Assembly: GCA_002269645.1 (NCBI GenBank)
Contig: NIVC01001258.1
Span: forward strand, 1 to 64,000
Length of the DNA: 64,000 nt
Reading direction: 5' to 3'
Source: Macrostomum lignano
Lineage: Eukaryota
A model generated the notes under the pieces. The model searched no databases. It was not told the origin of the DNA and saw only the letters and a list, made by a program, of their open reading frames with translations. This document shows, piece by piece, positions 27,015 to 51,300 of this stretch (the first letter of the stretch is position 1; each line of letters starts with the position of its first letter). The translations under genes and the position numbers were made by a program.

Positions 27015-27230
27015 ATCACCCAACCCCAATCACACCCACCCCAATCACCCACCCCAATCACCCACCTCATTCACCCACCCCAATCACCCACCCCAATCAC
27101 CCACCTCATTCACCCACCCCAATCACCCACCCCAATCACCCACCTCATTCACCCACCCCAATCACCCACCCCAATCACCCACCTCATTCACCCACCCCAA
27201 TCACCCACCCCAATCACCCACCTCATTCAC
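27015..27230. repeat. 13-bp minisatellite with a 39-bp trimer (CACCCACCCCAAT x2 + CACCCACCTCATT) abutting a splice acceptor
   Basis: The array ends at CACGCAG|, the acceptor of the first visible channel exon. Confidence 0.93.
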
Positions 27231-27234
27231 GCAG

Positions 27235-28669
27235 CCCCATCCCCACCGTCAGCCGCAGCAGCAGGGGCAGAAGAAGCGGCCCTCCTATCACGCGCTGGAC
27301 CTGTCCGAGCTGGAGCGGCAGTTCTCAGCCGGCCAGTCGGCCAACCTGGTGGTGGACGCCAACAGTGGCACCCTGCTGATCCACGAGGCCACCTGTCCGA
27401 GAAACCTTCGCGCCGATGTCATCCACCTGGTTGCCAGGTTCGGGGGCGATTTGAACGCATTGGACAAAGAGGGCAACACGGCGCTGCACCTGGCGCTGAG
27501 GCACGGTAGTCTGTCCTGCTTTCAGGTGAGGCATATTCGACTGCAGGAGGTTCGAGATCAGGTTGAGAGTGACGCGGGTTTATCATATCCCAAATTTCCT
27601 GTCCGAATGTGAAATTACCTGTCCGAATCCGAAATTATCTGTCCGAATCTGAAATTACCTGTCCGAATCCGAAATTATCTGTCCGAATCTGAAATTACCT
27701 GTCCGAATGTGAAATTACCTGCCCGAATCCGAAATTATCTGTCCGAATCTGAAATTACCTGTCCGAATCCGAAATTATCTGTCCGAATCTGAAATTACCT
27801 GTCCGAATGTGAAATTACCTGTCCGAATCCGAAATTATCTGTCCGAATCTGAAATTACCTGTCCGAATCTGAAATTACCTGTCCGAATCTGAAATTTAAC
27901 GTGGCCGAATCCGAAATCACCTGTCCGAATCCCAAATATTACCCGTCCGATATGAAATTACCTGTCCAAATCGAAAAAATTACCTGTCCGAATCTGAAAT
28001 TCAACGTGTCCGAATCTGAAATCTGACGTGTCCGAATCTGAAATTTGACGTGTCCGAATCTGAAATTACCTGTCCGAATCTGAAATTACCTGTCCGAATC
28101 TGAAATTACCTGTCCGAATCTGAAATTTAACGTGGCCGAATCCGAAATCACCTGTCCGAATCCCAAATATTACCCGTCCGATATGAAATTACCTGTCCAA
28201 ATCGAAAAAATTACCTGTCCGAATCTGAAATTCAACGTGTCCGAATCTGAAATTCAACGTGTCCGAATATGAAATTACCTGTCCGAATCAGAAATTATCT
28301 GTCCGAATGGGAAATTACCTGTCCGGATCCGAAATTATCTGTCCGAATCCGAAATTACCTGTCCGGATTCGAATTTACTTGTCTGTATCTGAAATTACCT
28401 TTCCGAATCCGAAATCTCACCTGTCCGAATTCCATACGTCTGATAGGCTCTTCTAGAGGAGGGCGCCAATCCCAACATCCCGGACGCTCGCGGCGATACT
28501 GTTGTCCACCTGTCGGCCACGCCGGACACCATCGACTATTTCAAAGCGGCGCTCCAACACGGCGGCGACTGTCGACTTGGCGACGCAAACGGCGACTCAA
28601 CGCTGCACCGCGTCTGCGCCGAAGCGCGGGTGGAGCTGGCCGGCCTCATCCTCGACGCCGAGCAGCAGC

Positions 28670-28713
<44 letters not shown>

Positions 28714-31700
28714 ATCGCCAACTTGCCGGGCTGGCGCGGCCGGACGCCGCTTCACTCGGCCGCCAGCAGCGGCGGCGGCGTCGACACGCGCGACCTCTTC
28801 GTCCTGCTGCTGCACGCCGGTGCCGATTTCGCCCGGCCGGACGACGACGGCTCGGCGCCAATCGACGTGGTGCTGGCGCGCGAGGACTGCGCCCTGCTGG
28901 AGAGCCTCGGTAAGTGCCTGGCCGTCGGGACAGACGATAGTGACGATGGCGACGGCCGGCTTGCCGAATTTCTGCGCGCTCTGCTCAGCCTGGCGACTCC
29001 GCCGCAGAAACCGAGACACGCGGCGCCGGTGTCGACGAATTCAACGCCGGACAACCCGTTGGAGCGGGCGGAGCTGCTGCAGGCGCTGTCGGCGGGCCTG
29101 GCCGAGCGGAATCCGCAGCTGCGCCGGCTGATGGCGCCGGCAGGGAGGGCGCTGAGCCTCGGCCTGCTGTCCGACCTGGAGTCCTACGGCTTGGTGGACG
29201 GCCTGGCCGAGTTGGTTGCCCAGCAGGTTCTGCTGCCGCAGGACGTCGGGCTGATGACGCAACTTGCCGAGATTGGAAGGGGTCGGCTGTGGCCGCTGCT
29301 GGCCGGCCGGGTGGAGCTCCGGGCGGAGGCGCTGCTGTACGCCAGGATTCAACGGCAGACGAAGGCGAGCGGCGTCAAGGCGCTGGTGCGACAGCAGTGC
29401 TTGGACAGGCGCACTGGGGAGCTCTGCGTCCAGAAGGCGAGCGGATTCGGTTTATAGATGTTCTCTAGATATCGTCTAGATGTTCTTTAGATATCGTTTA
29501 GATGTTCTGTAGATATCGTCTAGATGTTCTGTAGATATCGTCTAGATGTTCTGTAGATACTGTCTAGATGTTGTGTGTTGATATTGTCTAGTTGTTCTGT
29601 AGATATTGTCTAGATTCTCTGTAGATTTTGTCTAGATTCTCTGTAGATTTTGTCTAGATTCTCTGTAGATATTGTCTAGATTCTCTGTAGATATTGTCTA
29701 GATTCTCTGTAGATATTGTCTAGATTCTCTGTAGATATTGTCTAGATTCTCTGTAGATTTTGTCTAGATTCTCTGTAGATTTTGTCTAGATTCTCTGTAG
29801 ATTTTGTCTAGATTGCTAATACCGGTTGTTTCCCTGAATCATCCAGGTGAACTCGCTCATCGCCCGGGCCACCGGCTTCTGCCAGCTGGCCAGCGTCAAA
29901 ATCGCCGACAGCCCCGATGACGACGACACGGACGGTGCCTGGCCAGCGGACTGCCCGCGGCCGCAGCGCAGCCCCGCCCGCAGCCTGCCAGTCTGGTCGG
30001 TGCTGTCCGGCAGCCTTCACCTGGCGACCCGGCTGCTGCAGCTGGAGAGGCTGGACCCCATCCCGCTGGGCCTCTTGACCGCCCGCCTGATCCGCGGCCT
30101 CGCCCGCTGGCCGGGCGTCGGCGACGCCTTCTTGGACAGGGCGGCCGAGGCGGCCGATCGATGCGAACGCCTGGCCGCGGAGGCGTTGAAAACCGCGAAA
30201 GCGCTGGACGGCTCGCCGGGGCACTGGCTGACGCTCAGCTACCTACGCCGGCCCCTGCCGCGGTACGGCGGCTGCAGCCCGCTGGACCTCGCCGCCATCG
30301 GCCGCTGCGAGACCTTCGCCCGGCTGGACGCGGCCTGTCTGGCCTGGGAGGCCGCCTGGCGGGGCCCCTGGCTGGCCGAGCGGAGCCGCTTCGCCGACTG
30401 GGCGCTGGCCGACAGCCACGCGGCCGCGGAGGCCGCCTGTCCGAGACGGCCGGCGTCTGTTGGGGCGGCCGAGGAGGCGGCGCTGACGGCTACAGCAGGA
30501 GGCAGTGGGAAAACTGGGACTCGTCCAGGTGGGCTAGGGATGCTGGCTAGATTAGCAATCCATTCTATTCCTTCATCAGTGATCTTGACTAGATTAGCAA
30601 TTCATTCTATTCCTTCATCAGTGATGCTGGCTAGATTGGCAATCCATTCTATTTCTTCATCAGTGATATTGGTTAGATTAGCAATCCATTCTATTCCTTC
30701 ATCAGTGATGTTGGCTAGATTAGCAATCCATTCTATTCCTTCATCGGTGATGCTGGCTAGATTAGCAATTCATTCTATTCCTTCATCAGTGATGCTGGCT
30801 AGATTAGCAATCCATTCTATTCCTTCATCAGTGATGCTGGCTAGATCAGCAATCCATTCTATTCCTTCATCAGTGATGCTGGCTAGATCAGCAATCCATT
30901 CTATTCCTTCATCGGTGATGCTGGCTAGATTAGCAATCCATTCTATTTCTTCATCAGTGATGCTGGCTAGATCAGCAATCCATTCTATTCCTTCATCGGT
31001 GATGCTGGCTCTCCACCCTCAGTCGGCAGCCGCTTGTCCGCCGCCCTCTCCGAGTCGTTCAGTGGCCTCAGGCGGCCCAGCTGGAGGTTCCGGATGCACC
31101 TGCTGGCGCACCTGCTGCTCGGAGCCCTGCTCACTGCGGTCTGCCTGTCCGAACCGGTGGGCGGTCCCTGGCCGGCCGAGCTGACCTGTTACATCACCGG
31201 ACTCGGGCAGTTGGTCGAAGCTATCCGAGCGGCAGCTCGCGGCCGCCAGGTCAGAGTTTTGAGTCAGTTTGAGTCAGTTGAGTCAGTTTTGACCGACAGA
31301 GTCAGTCAGTCAGTCAGTCAGTCAGTCAGTCAGTCAGTCAGTCAGTCAGTCAGTCAGTCAGTCAGTCAGTCAGTCAGTCAGTCAGTCAGTCAGTCAGTCA
31401 GTCAGTCAGTCAGTCAGTCAGTCAGTCAGTCAGTCAGTCAGTCAGTCAGTCAGTCAGTCAGTCAGTCAGTCAGTCAGTCAGTCAGTCAGTCAGTCAGTCA
31501 GTCAGTCAGTCAGTCAGTCAGTCAGTCAGTCAGTCAGTCAGTCAGTCAGTCAGTCAGTCAGTCAGTCAGTCAGTCAGTCAGTCAGTCAGTCAGTCAGTCA
31601 GTCAGTCAGTCAGTCAGTCAGTCAGTCAGTCAGTCAGTCAGTCAGTCAGTCAGTCAGTCAGTCAGTCAGTCAGTCAGTCAGTCAGTCAGTCAGTCAGTCA

Positions 31701-33405
31701 GTCAGTCAGTCAGTCAGTCAGTCAGTCAGTCAGTCAGTCAGTCAGTCAGTCAGTCAGTCAGTCAGTCAGTCAGTCAGTCAGTCAGTCAGTCAGTCAGTCA
31801 GTCAGTCAGTCAGTCAGTCAGTCAGTCAGTCAGTCAGTCAGTCAGTCAGTCAGTCAGTCAGTCAGTCAGTCAGTCAGTCAGTCAGTCAGTCAGTCAGTCA
31901 GTCAGTCAGTCAGTCAGTCAGTCAGTCAGTCAGTCAGTCAGTCAGTCAGTCAGTCAGTCAGTCAGTCAGTCAGTCAGTCAGTCAGTCAGTCAGTCAGTCA
32001 GTCAGTCAGTCAGTCAGTCAGTCAGTCAGTCAGTCAGTCAGTCAGTCAGTCAGTCAGTCAGTCAGTCAGTCAGTCAGTCAGTCAGTCAGTCAGTCAGTCA
32101 GTCAGTCAGTCAGTCAGTCAGTCAGTCAGTCAGTCAGTCAGTCAGTCAGTCAGTCAGTCAGTCAGTCAGTCAGTCAGTCAGTCAGTCAGTCAGTCAGTCA
32201 GTCAGTCAGTCAGTCAGTCAGTCAGTCAGTCAGTCAGTCAGTCAGTCAGTCAGTCAGTCAGTCAGTCAGTCAGTCAGTCAGTCAGTCAGTCAGTCAGTCA
32301 GTCAGTCAGTCAGTCAGTCAGTCAGTCAGTCAGTCAGTCAGTCAGTCAGTCAGTCAGTCAGTCAGTCATTTAGTCGGCCAGTCTCACTCTCTGCACTCCA
32401 CAGGGCTGGTCGGACTGGTTGGCCGAGCTGGCCGAGGCGGCGAGTTTGGCGGCCGGAGCGGCCTGCCGAGCGGCCAGCCGGTCCCCGGCGGCGGCCTTGG
32501 CCGCTGCAGCCGCCCTTCACTGGCTGCGGCTGCTGCGCCCGCTTGGCGCTCTGGCGCCACCGCTAGGGCGCCACCTGCTGCTGATTGGCGCCCTACTCAG
32601 GCGCGACTTTGTCCCCCTGGCCACCATGGGGCTGTGCCTGGCCGGCGCCCTCGGGCTGGCTGGCCGGGTGCTGCTGGCTCAGCAACTGCAGCCGCCGCCG
32701 TCAGTCGGGCGAGTCCTGTTGGCAGCGCTGGCGGCGCTTGCGGGCGGCGAGATCGAGCCGCTGCACGCCATGGCTGGGAGCGTTGCGGCGGCGGCAGCAG
32801 CGAGCAACTTCAGCGATGGCTCCACCTGCGGCAAGCCGTCAGTCGTCCAGTGGCCCCTGCAGCTCGGCCCGCTGCTGGCTGTCTTGGCCGCCGGGCACCT
32901 GCTTCTGACAGCGGCCGCCGCTGGAGTCTTTGCCACCACGGCGGCCCGGCAGCGAGCCCGAAGCCAGCCGCTGTGGCTGATTGAGAGGCACCAGCTCGGC
33001 CGGCAGCTGCTGGGCCGGTCTCACTGGCCGCCGCCCTTCAACCTGCTGACTGGCGGCGTTGCTGCCGTTAGTGTCTGCTGCCGGCGGCTGCGGATGTCCA
33101 GCGATAGCAGCCAGGAGCCGCGGTCGTCGCCGGAGACTCCGCCGCAAAGGCTTCGCCGCAGTGGCGGCACCGAGCGGTTGCGGCAGCTGATGAGGTCGCG
33201 AGCTCGAAACCTGTTCCTGTTCTACCAGGCGGCCGCGCTCAGGGCGCACCCGCTGGGAGCTGGCGGAGCTGCCGAAGCTACCAGCGCTGCGGCCGCGGGC
33301 GGCACGGCGGAACTCCGCCAGCTGCTGAAGCGACTGACCGAGGCCTGCGACCTGCTGGGGCAGAGGCTGCCAGCCGAGACGGATTGGCTGGCAGATCGCA
33401 ACTGA
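27235..33405 (+). CDS. Divergent TRPM-like cation channel with N-terminal ankyrin repeats, >1060 aa, 5' exon(s) not found; exons 27235-27525, 28447-29436, 29847-30528, 31023-31249, 32404-33405
   Basis: 5-6 ankyrin repeats (EGNTALHLAL, RGDTVVHL, NGDSTLHRVC, RGRTPLHSAA). MHR4-like segment PIPLGLLTARLIRGLA..LRRPLPRYGGCSPLDLAA..WEAAWRG. Six hydrophobic segments, pore-like GGEI, and TRP-box region LWLIERHQL..WPPPFNLL. Exon phases are consistent (0,0,1,0) if the donor after 29436 is GC. Confidence 0.8.
27591..28432. repeat. 20-bp minisatellite (GTCCGAATCTGAAATTACCT) filling a channel intron
   Basis: About 40 visible units, ending ~15 nt before the acceptor at 28446. Confidence 0.96.
28670..28712 (+). 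repeat. Coding (GGC)n tract encoding poly-Gly inside an ankyrin repeat
   Basis: In frame: QQR-G(14)-IANL. Confidence 0.9.
29452..29812. repeat. 22-bp minisatellite (TCTAGATTCTCTGTAGATATTG) in a channel intron
   Basis: Direct observation. Confidence 0.95.
30535..31008. repeat. 42-bp minisatellite (GATGCTGGCTAGATTAGCAATCCATTCTATTCCTTCATCAGT), copy 1, in a channel intron
   Basis: About 11 units occupying almost the whole 494-nt intron. Confidence 0.97.
31300..32368. repeat. (GTCA)n microsatellite, ~1.07 kb, in a channel intron
   Basis: Direct observation; essentially perfect. Confidence 0.99.
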
Positions 33406-33828
33406 TTGACAAGTGCACCTTCGATATGCAGTTGTCGAATTCTAAATTCACTGTTACTGTGTAGTGTTTGTCCTTGAATCTGAGTGCATGGCACAGGTCA
33501 GATCATAGCTAGCATAGCAACAAAGAAAGTAATCAATTTTACTACTAGCAATCTACGCCCCCCGCTGGGGAGTAAGAATGTTAAATAATTTTAATAATGA
33601 TGTAATGTAGCAAGCATCCCCCAGACAGCAAAAAAATCTCATCCCCTGTAAGCTTTGGCATCAAAGCCTCCTTTTAAGTCACGGCTTAACCCAAACTGCC
33701 GGCCCTTGACCTATCAAGCCTGGTCTACCGAAAACTTCCAATAGACCATTGGAATCTCAGCAATTCCCTCAATGAGCCTTGACATCTCTTATAAATTCCC
33801 CAATAAGCTCATCAAGCACAGTTGTGAA

Positions 33829-34128
33829 TAATAATAACAGTTGATTACACCTGCCCTTATTGGCAGATGTGCAACCGACAGCTCAGCCGCAGCTATTGCG
33901 CGGCGCATCTGAAGGCTGCGTACGGCTGTTCAGTCCAAGGACTGGGGGGTCGCCACACACACCCTCAGATACCCCAGCTAATGCTGGCACCCATTTTACA
34001 GCTGGGTGAACTGAAGCAATGCAGACTTAAGTGGTCTTGCTCAAGGACGCAAATCGTTCCGAGTATGTCGAGACTCGAACCCCTGACCTTTCAATCGTGT
34101 GTCCAACGCTCTGACCACTAGGCTTCAG
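33829..34128 (-). mobile_element. tRNA-derived CORE-SINE, copy 1
   Basis: Minus strand: A box TAGTGGTCAGAG, B box GGTTCGAGTC, CORE-like CCTTGAGCAAGACCACTTAA..CTTCAGTTCACCCAGCTGTAAAATGGG, (TAT)n tail. TSD ACAGTTGTGAA / ACAGTTATGAA. Confidence 0.88.
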
Positions 34129-34820
34129 ACAGTTATGAAGGCAGTTATGAATTAAAACTTCTGCTATCCAACATACTACTAATGAAAAATAAGCAAGTCA
34201 CAAGGCATCAAACCAATCAATTAATATCTCCGACCACCAATATCCGAGTTGTTGGGAGTCGGAAGTGAATAGCTATTATCTGGGCACCGATTCCGTGCAG
34301 GTATTTTGATAATGTTAAAATATTTTGTTCGCAAATTGTTACCAATTATTACATATTTGAAAATATAAAGCAAACTGAGTCCACAACTGCCTACTGCGAT
34401 GAAACAGCAAATAAAAATTAATTGATAGCATAGTTGATAATAATAAAATACACCCACTAGTTCTACTAAAATATTTGCCAAATCAAACAATCCTTAGCAA
34501 GCTGTCGATTAATAGAACAATTGGTTGAAAATGAGCTGTCAGGGAAAATTCATAGTAGTTAATTACGGAGTAGCCGTCAAACAGAGAAAAAGTGATTTAA
34601 GATGTTAAAAATAGCATAGTAAAAATATTATCAACACCTTCAGTGTAATGGCATTGGCTAAGCTGTGACACAATAAACAAAAAAAAGTTTTCCAAGACAA
34701 GCCACAACGATTAGAGCGGTTTCTGTTTGACACGAGAATATTGAACCGGTTGTGATTCGCATTAGCTGCGCCGGAAGCAAGCAAACTTGAAGCAACAGAA
34801 ACAGAAAAAAAGGGAGGGAA

Positions 34821-35058
34821 GTGAGTGTTAGAGGTTAGTATGAAAACTCAAGATAGCAGGCTCAAGAGTGAGTGTTAGAGGTTAGTATGAAAACTCAAGA
34901 TAGCAGGCTCAAGAGTGAGTGTTAGAGGTTAGTATGAAAACTCAAGATAGCAGGCTCAAGAGTGAGTGTTAGAGGTTAGTATGAAAACTCAAGATAGCAG
35001 GCTCAAGAGTGAGTGTTAGAGGTTAGTATGAAAACTCAAGATAGCAGGCTCAAGAGTC
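34821..35058. repeat. 47-bp minisatellite, 5 copies, just downstream of the GFAT stop
   Basis: Period 47 (34821 to 34868). Confidence 0.95.
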
Positions 35059-35151
35059 AGGTTCCTCTGACATAAATCAGAGCATTTTGATTTGTCTGCA
35101 CCACAGGCGGTTTTTCATGCAAGCGGTGCACAGTCGCATTGGGGACGGCAC

Positions 35152-47053
<11,902 letters not shown>

Positions 47054-48365
47054 GATGTTATCAAATTAACTCGTCTAGATTTTGCAAAATTTGCGTTGGG
47101 TCAGCAGTGCTTGAATAAAATTTATAATACAGTCAGTGCCAATGCTAGATCTGCAATATTAACAGACGGTGAGGGTGAGTGTCACAAAAAGGATCCGTAC
47201 AGTAGAGTGAACGCGTGGCAAAGAGGAGGGCTGGCATTGAGTAATGAAAATAAAATACTGGCGTACCCAGTGCGTGCGCTAGCTGAGGCTTGAATATGAC
47301 ATTTCCTAAGTCCCTTCACCCCCAAAAAATCTAGAATCTATACCAGTATGTAGTAGAGCTTCAGTGTAGGTTCTCTCCTGACAAGTGTGCCGATTCTCAA
47401 AGCTCCACACCCGACGCAAATTTTCTACCCAAAATCCCCAACCAAATCCTATTGGCTTGATTATAGAGCATAGAGAAATTCTATCCGCAAAGAACTCCGC
47501 GAAGACAATGAACAAAATATACAAGGATTAGCTTGGCCAACAATCTAATTCTAAGGTACGAGTATTAGTGAGTTCGGCTTCACAATATCTATAGTTTAAA
47601 TAATCAGAGAATGTTATTAGAACTGTAGGCTAAACTACTCATAGTAAGAAGCTGGGCATGCTTAAATATAAATTCAGTTTGCTCCAACTGATTTTGATAA
47701 TATTGATTCCATTTTAAAAGCTGATGAATAGTCTCCACAGCTCATTTGAATGTCATAACTTTTTAATGCAATAGTTTTTGTAGTAGCCTCATGTGAACTT
47801 TAAAAAAGTGGCAATTTTCCTTTCTCAGAAGTAATGCTGAAGATTTGAATGCACTGAATGACTCTGCCAGACATGCGCTTACAACTGTTTAATACTTTGG
47901 AGCTTATCAAACTCCATTATTAGAATTAACCTACGAGAGTCGTGTCATACATCTGCTCAAAAACATCTCTAGTTTCTCCCTTATTTCTATATTTGAGTTG
48001 ATATTTTAGTCTAGGGCTCTAAGGCTCATGACAGTTGTCTATGGAAAATCTTTATTCTAGCTTTAATATAAGACAGAAAATCCTGTATCTTTCATACCAC
48101 CCTCTTAAGCCACCATGGAGAAAAGTGGATTTTCAAAGCGTACTATCATTTGGCCACAGTGGAAACAACAAAAGAAGCAGACCGACTTCCTTCGTGAAAT
48201 AGAATAAATATTTGGCGCAAAGATGCACCATCCAAACGAACTGTGTCAAAGTGGTTCCAGCGCTTCGAGGCTAGCTGGGAGACTGTAGATGATGCTTCTC
48301 GCTCAGGTGCTCCACCAACGTCTATCTCGGATAAAAACATCCAGCGCGTGCTTCGCACACTCGTG

Positions 48366-51300
48366 ACCTAGACATTTAAGCACTCAAAACGAAGTATTGA
48401 GTAGTATTGTAACAGCGATTCAATTCTGGGGTCTCGACCATAGACTATGCATTTAATGCACGCTTTTTCGTGTTATATTGAGTGACCAGGGAACAGAAAA
48501 TCAAGTCAAGTCAAACCCACAGATTCTATAAACACTAGATGGCTCACTCAGCGAAAAATCTTGCTCCCAAACAGATCGTCTATGGTTGGAATCGCTATTT
48601 TTAGCCCTAGTGTTAAACACAGGCTTTTAATGTGTTCTAAACTCTTCTACTTTGTTCTATTCTTCTAGCTATGGGAAGTGAAAGCGAGGCATTTACCTCA
48701 AAATTGCCGAACTTTTTGCCATAACGTTTGATAGAAAAATCGAAAATGTCTCAAATTTCACACTGTCCTTCGTTTAGATAAAAGCAGCATACTGTGAAAA
48801 GCTGACGTCAATAGGACCTGCTTGTCACACGTTATACCACAATTATCGGCACTTAAACAAAGGCATATCGTAAAGAAGTCTCTTAAAGTGCCGATAATTG
48901 TCGCATAAATTCTGATTGGAAAATCCTACTGCCTTCAGATTTTCACAACCTGGTGCCATCATTTGTGGAGGTGGCTGGGTAAAACTGGAAGCCTCCAAAT
49001 TTGTTGAATCAAAATTTATAGCGAAATTTCGGCACTTTCGAGGCGAAAACATTAAGCATTGAACAAATAAAGTTCATAATTTGCCCTGCAGGGTGACCGC
49101 GCTCCAGTAACTTTTTTCTTCCCTGACTAAACTAAATTTTCCCTGACACACTAAAAGTAATAGAAGAAGCTCAGTGATAGTTGTGCACAATAATTTTATT
49201 GCAACAAACTGTTGCGCATTAAAAAGTCAGCAATGTTGAGATTAATTTAATTTGAATTGAAGTTGAAACAGCGCATGTATTGGCAATAATTTGTTTGAAT
49301 TAATAATGAAAAATTAATGCACCGGAAACTGACCACAAAAAACGTAGTGTTTGATAAAAAATTGCATGAAAAATATCAAGTACTAACTTTTATTGTATGT
49401 GGCGCACAGTAAAACAAAGTTAAGAGATGTAGCACTGTAGTTAAAATTGAGTTCAATGAGGAATCGTACCTTCAAGTGCTACAATCTCTTTCTCTACCTT
49501 CTCCACTTCTTCCTTTTTCTGTTGTGCAGCACGACGCAGTGCATTTGACTTCACGAGTAGGCTCATGTTTGAATCCGTCTCACATTGGTACACGAGGCTA
49601 TCCGCATCTTTGGTGAGAACTGCAACATCAAGCAGGAGCTTCTTTTGCTTCGACTGGAGCTCCAGCACCGTTGCATCCTTCCTTTTCCTTGATTCCTCGT
49701 ATTTCCGATGAGATGCTTCTGCTCGCTGCTGCTCCAACATGGCCCTGTACCTACTCCTGGCACTTCTCACACTCTTCAACATCTCCTCGGTAACTTTCGC
49801 GATGATTTCAGCGGCAGTCTTTCCCTTTTGCCACTCGTACACAAGTCGGAGAGAACGAATGCTCAATCCCTGAAGATTTGGTTCTAGGCACTCTTTGTTG
49901 ACACTGAAGCCGCGCTCAACAGCAGCATTCCCATGGAAGGTTGTCAGAACCATCTTCACAATGATCTGCAAATTATTGGTACTCGTTGAATCAGTGAAGA
50001 GGGAAGCAAAGAGGACATCAAGTCGGTCTGACTTATAGTCGAATTGAGACAGCTGAAATCGATGCTCACGAACTGTAACAGTTCGAAACTGGGTGAACTC
50101 GGACTTTGCAGCGTCAGCTTCCTGTGCAGTGATGCGTCCCTTAGTGTAGGCTTCCAGGACAAGCGCATCAAAATCCGCTTGAGCCGGTGATGAGGATGGT
50201 GGGTCACTATCCAATTCTGCCACCAGCACAGAAAAACAAAATATACACCTTTCTATTAATGGCCTGGTTAATATATTATCATAGTATGGACTATATATTT
50301 TACTGTCAGTGTGATTAGCACAGCAATTATAGATTAGCAATATGTAGGCCTACAAGCCCATAAATTATTCATTTAAGAACAAGTATCTGCCAATTTCAAA
50401 TAAATACCAGCTTTTAAAAACAAAAATACATGGAACAAACAAAACAGATTTACTATTCGAGCTACTTAGTGCTATCGATTAGCCGCTTTCTTGTCTCACA
50501 ATTTTTTTCTTCAATTTTCTAATTTACTTTCAAATTTTCCCTGACTTCCTAAGAATTTCCCTGACTTTCCCTGACTTTCCAGACCACATTTTTTTCCCTG
50601 ACTTTCCCTGACTTTCCCTGACCGCGGTCACCCTGCCCTGGCAACTCGCAACAGCGTATGCAGTAAGAAAGTGACACCCATTATTCGAAAAAAAGTGAAA
50701 ACAGAGATACGAGTGGGTAGGAAGAAGTGCACAACTATGAAGCAACGATGAGTACTTACAGGAGTTTAGTACGCCAATAACATGCTCGAAACAATGCATC
50801 TAACTATGCTTCCACTGTTGAAAAACTTCTTTGTGTCAAACTCTGGTTTTTATTGAGGAAATCGAGGTCTGTTTAGCTTAATTAAGTGTATGGCAGACAG
50901 CTGTTCTTATAAGTCTCGCGAGCGAGGGATTCCAACCATAGACAGTGGGAATTTGGCCTCCACTGAAGGAATGGAGAGTGAGCCATCTAGTGTTTATAGA
51001 ATCTGTGGTCAAACCCAAGAGTCAAATTATGGAGCTACAGTCTAAAATCATTCATATGATCGATTACAAAAGATTTCCCCACGAGATGGTTAGTGGCCTG
51101 TCCTCTGTCAGGTTGGATAAACACACTCGAACAACATGCTCGCGATCGGATGCAGGAGGAGCTTGATAATGGACCGCTGGACAACAACTATGCTTTGCCC
51201 GAAGATATCAATGACGCCATGCTGGAGGAGCTGATGAGCACCGAGCCTGATTTAAACAGGCTGGAGGCTGCGATTTCCGAGTTAGAACGCTCAGCAGAGA

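Noticed and set aside
29847-31184. 445-aa ORF reading from a channel exon through the 42-bp array
   Set aside because: The intron is 494 nt (not 3n), so read-through shifts frame relative to the TM exons; splicing restores the channel.
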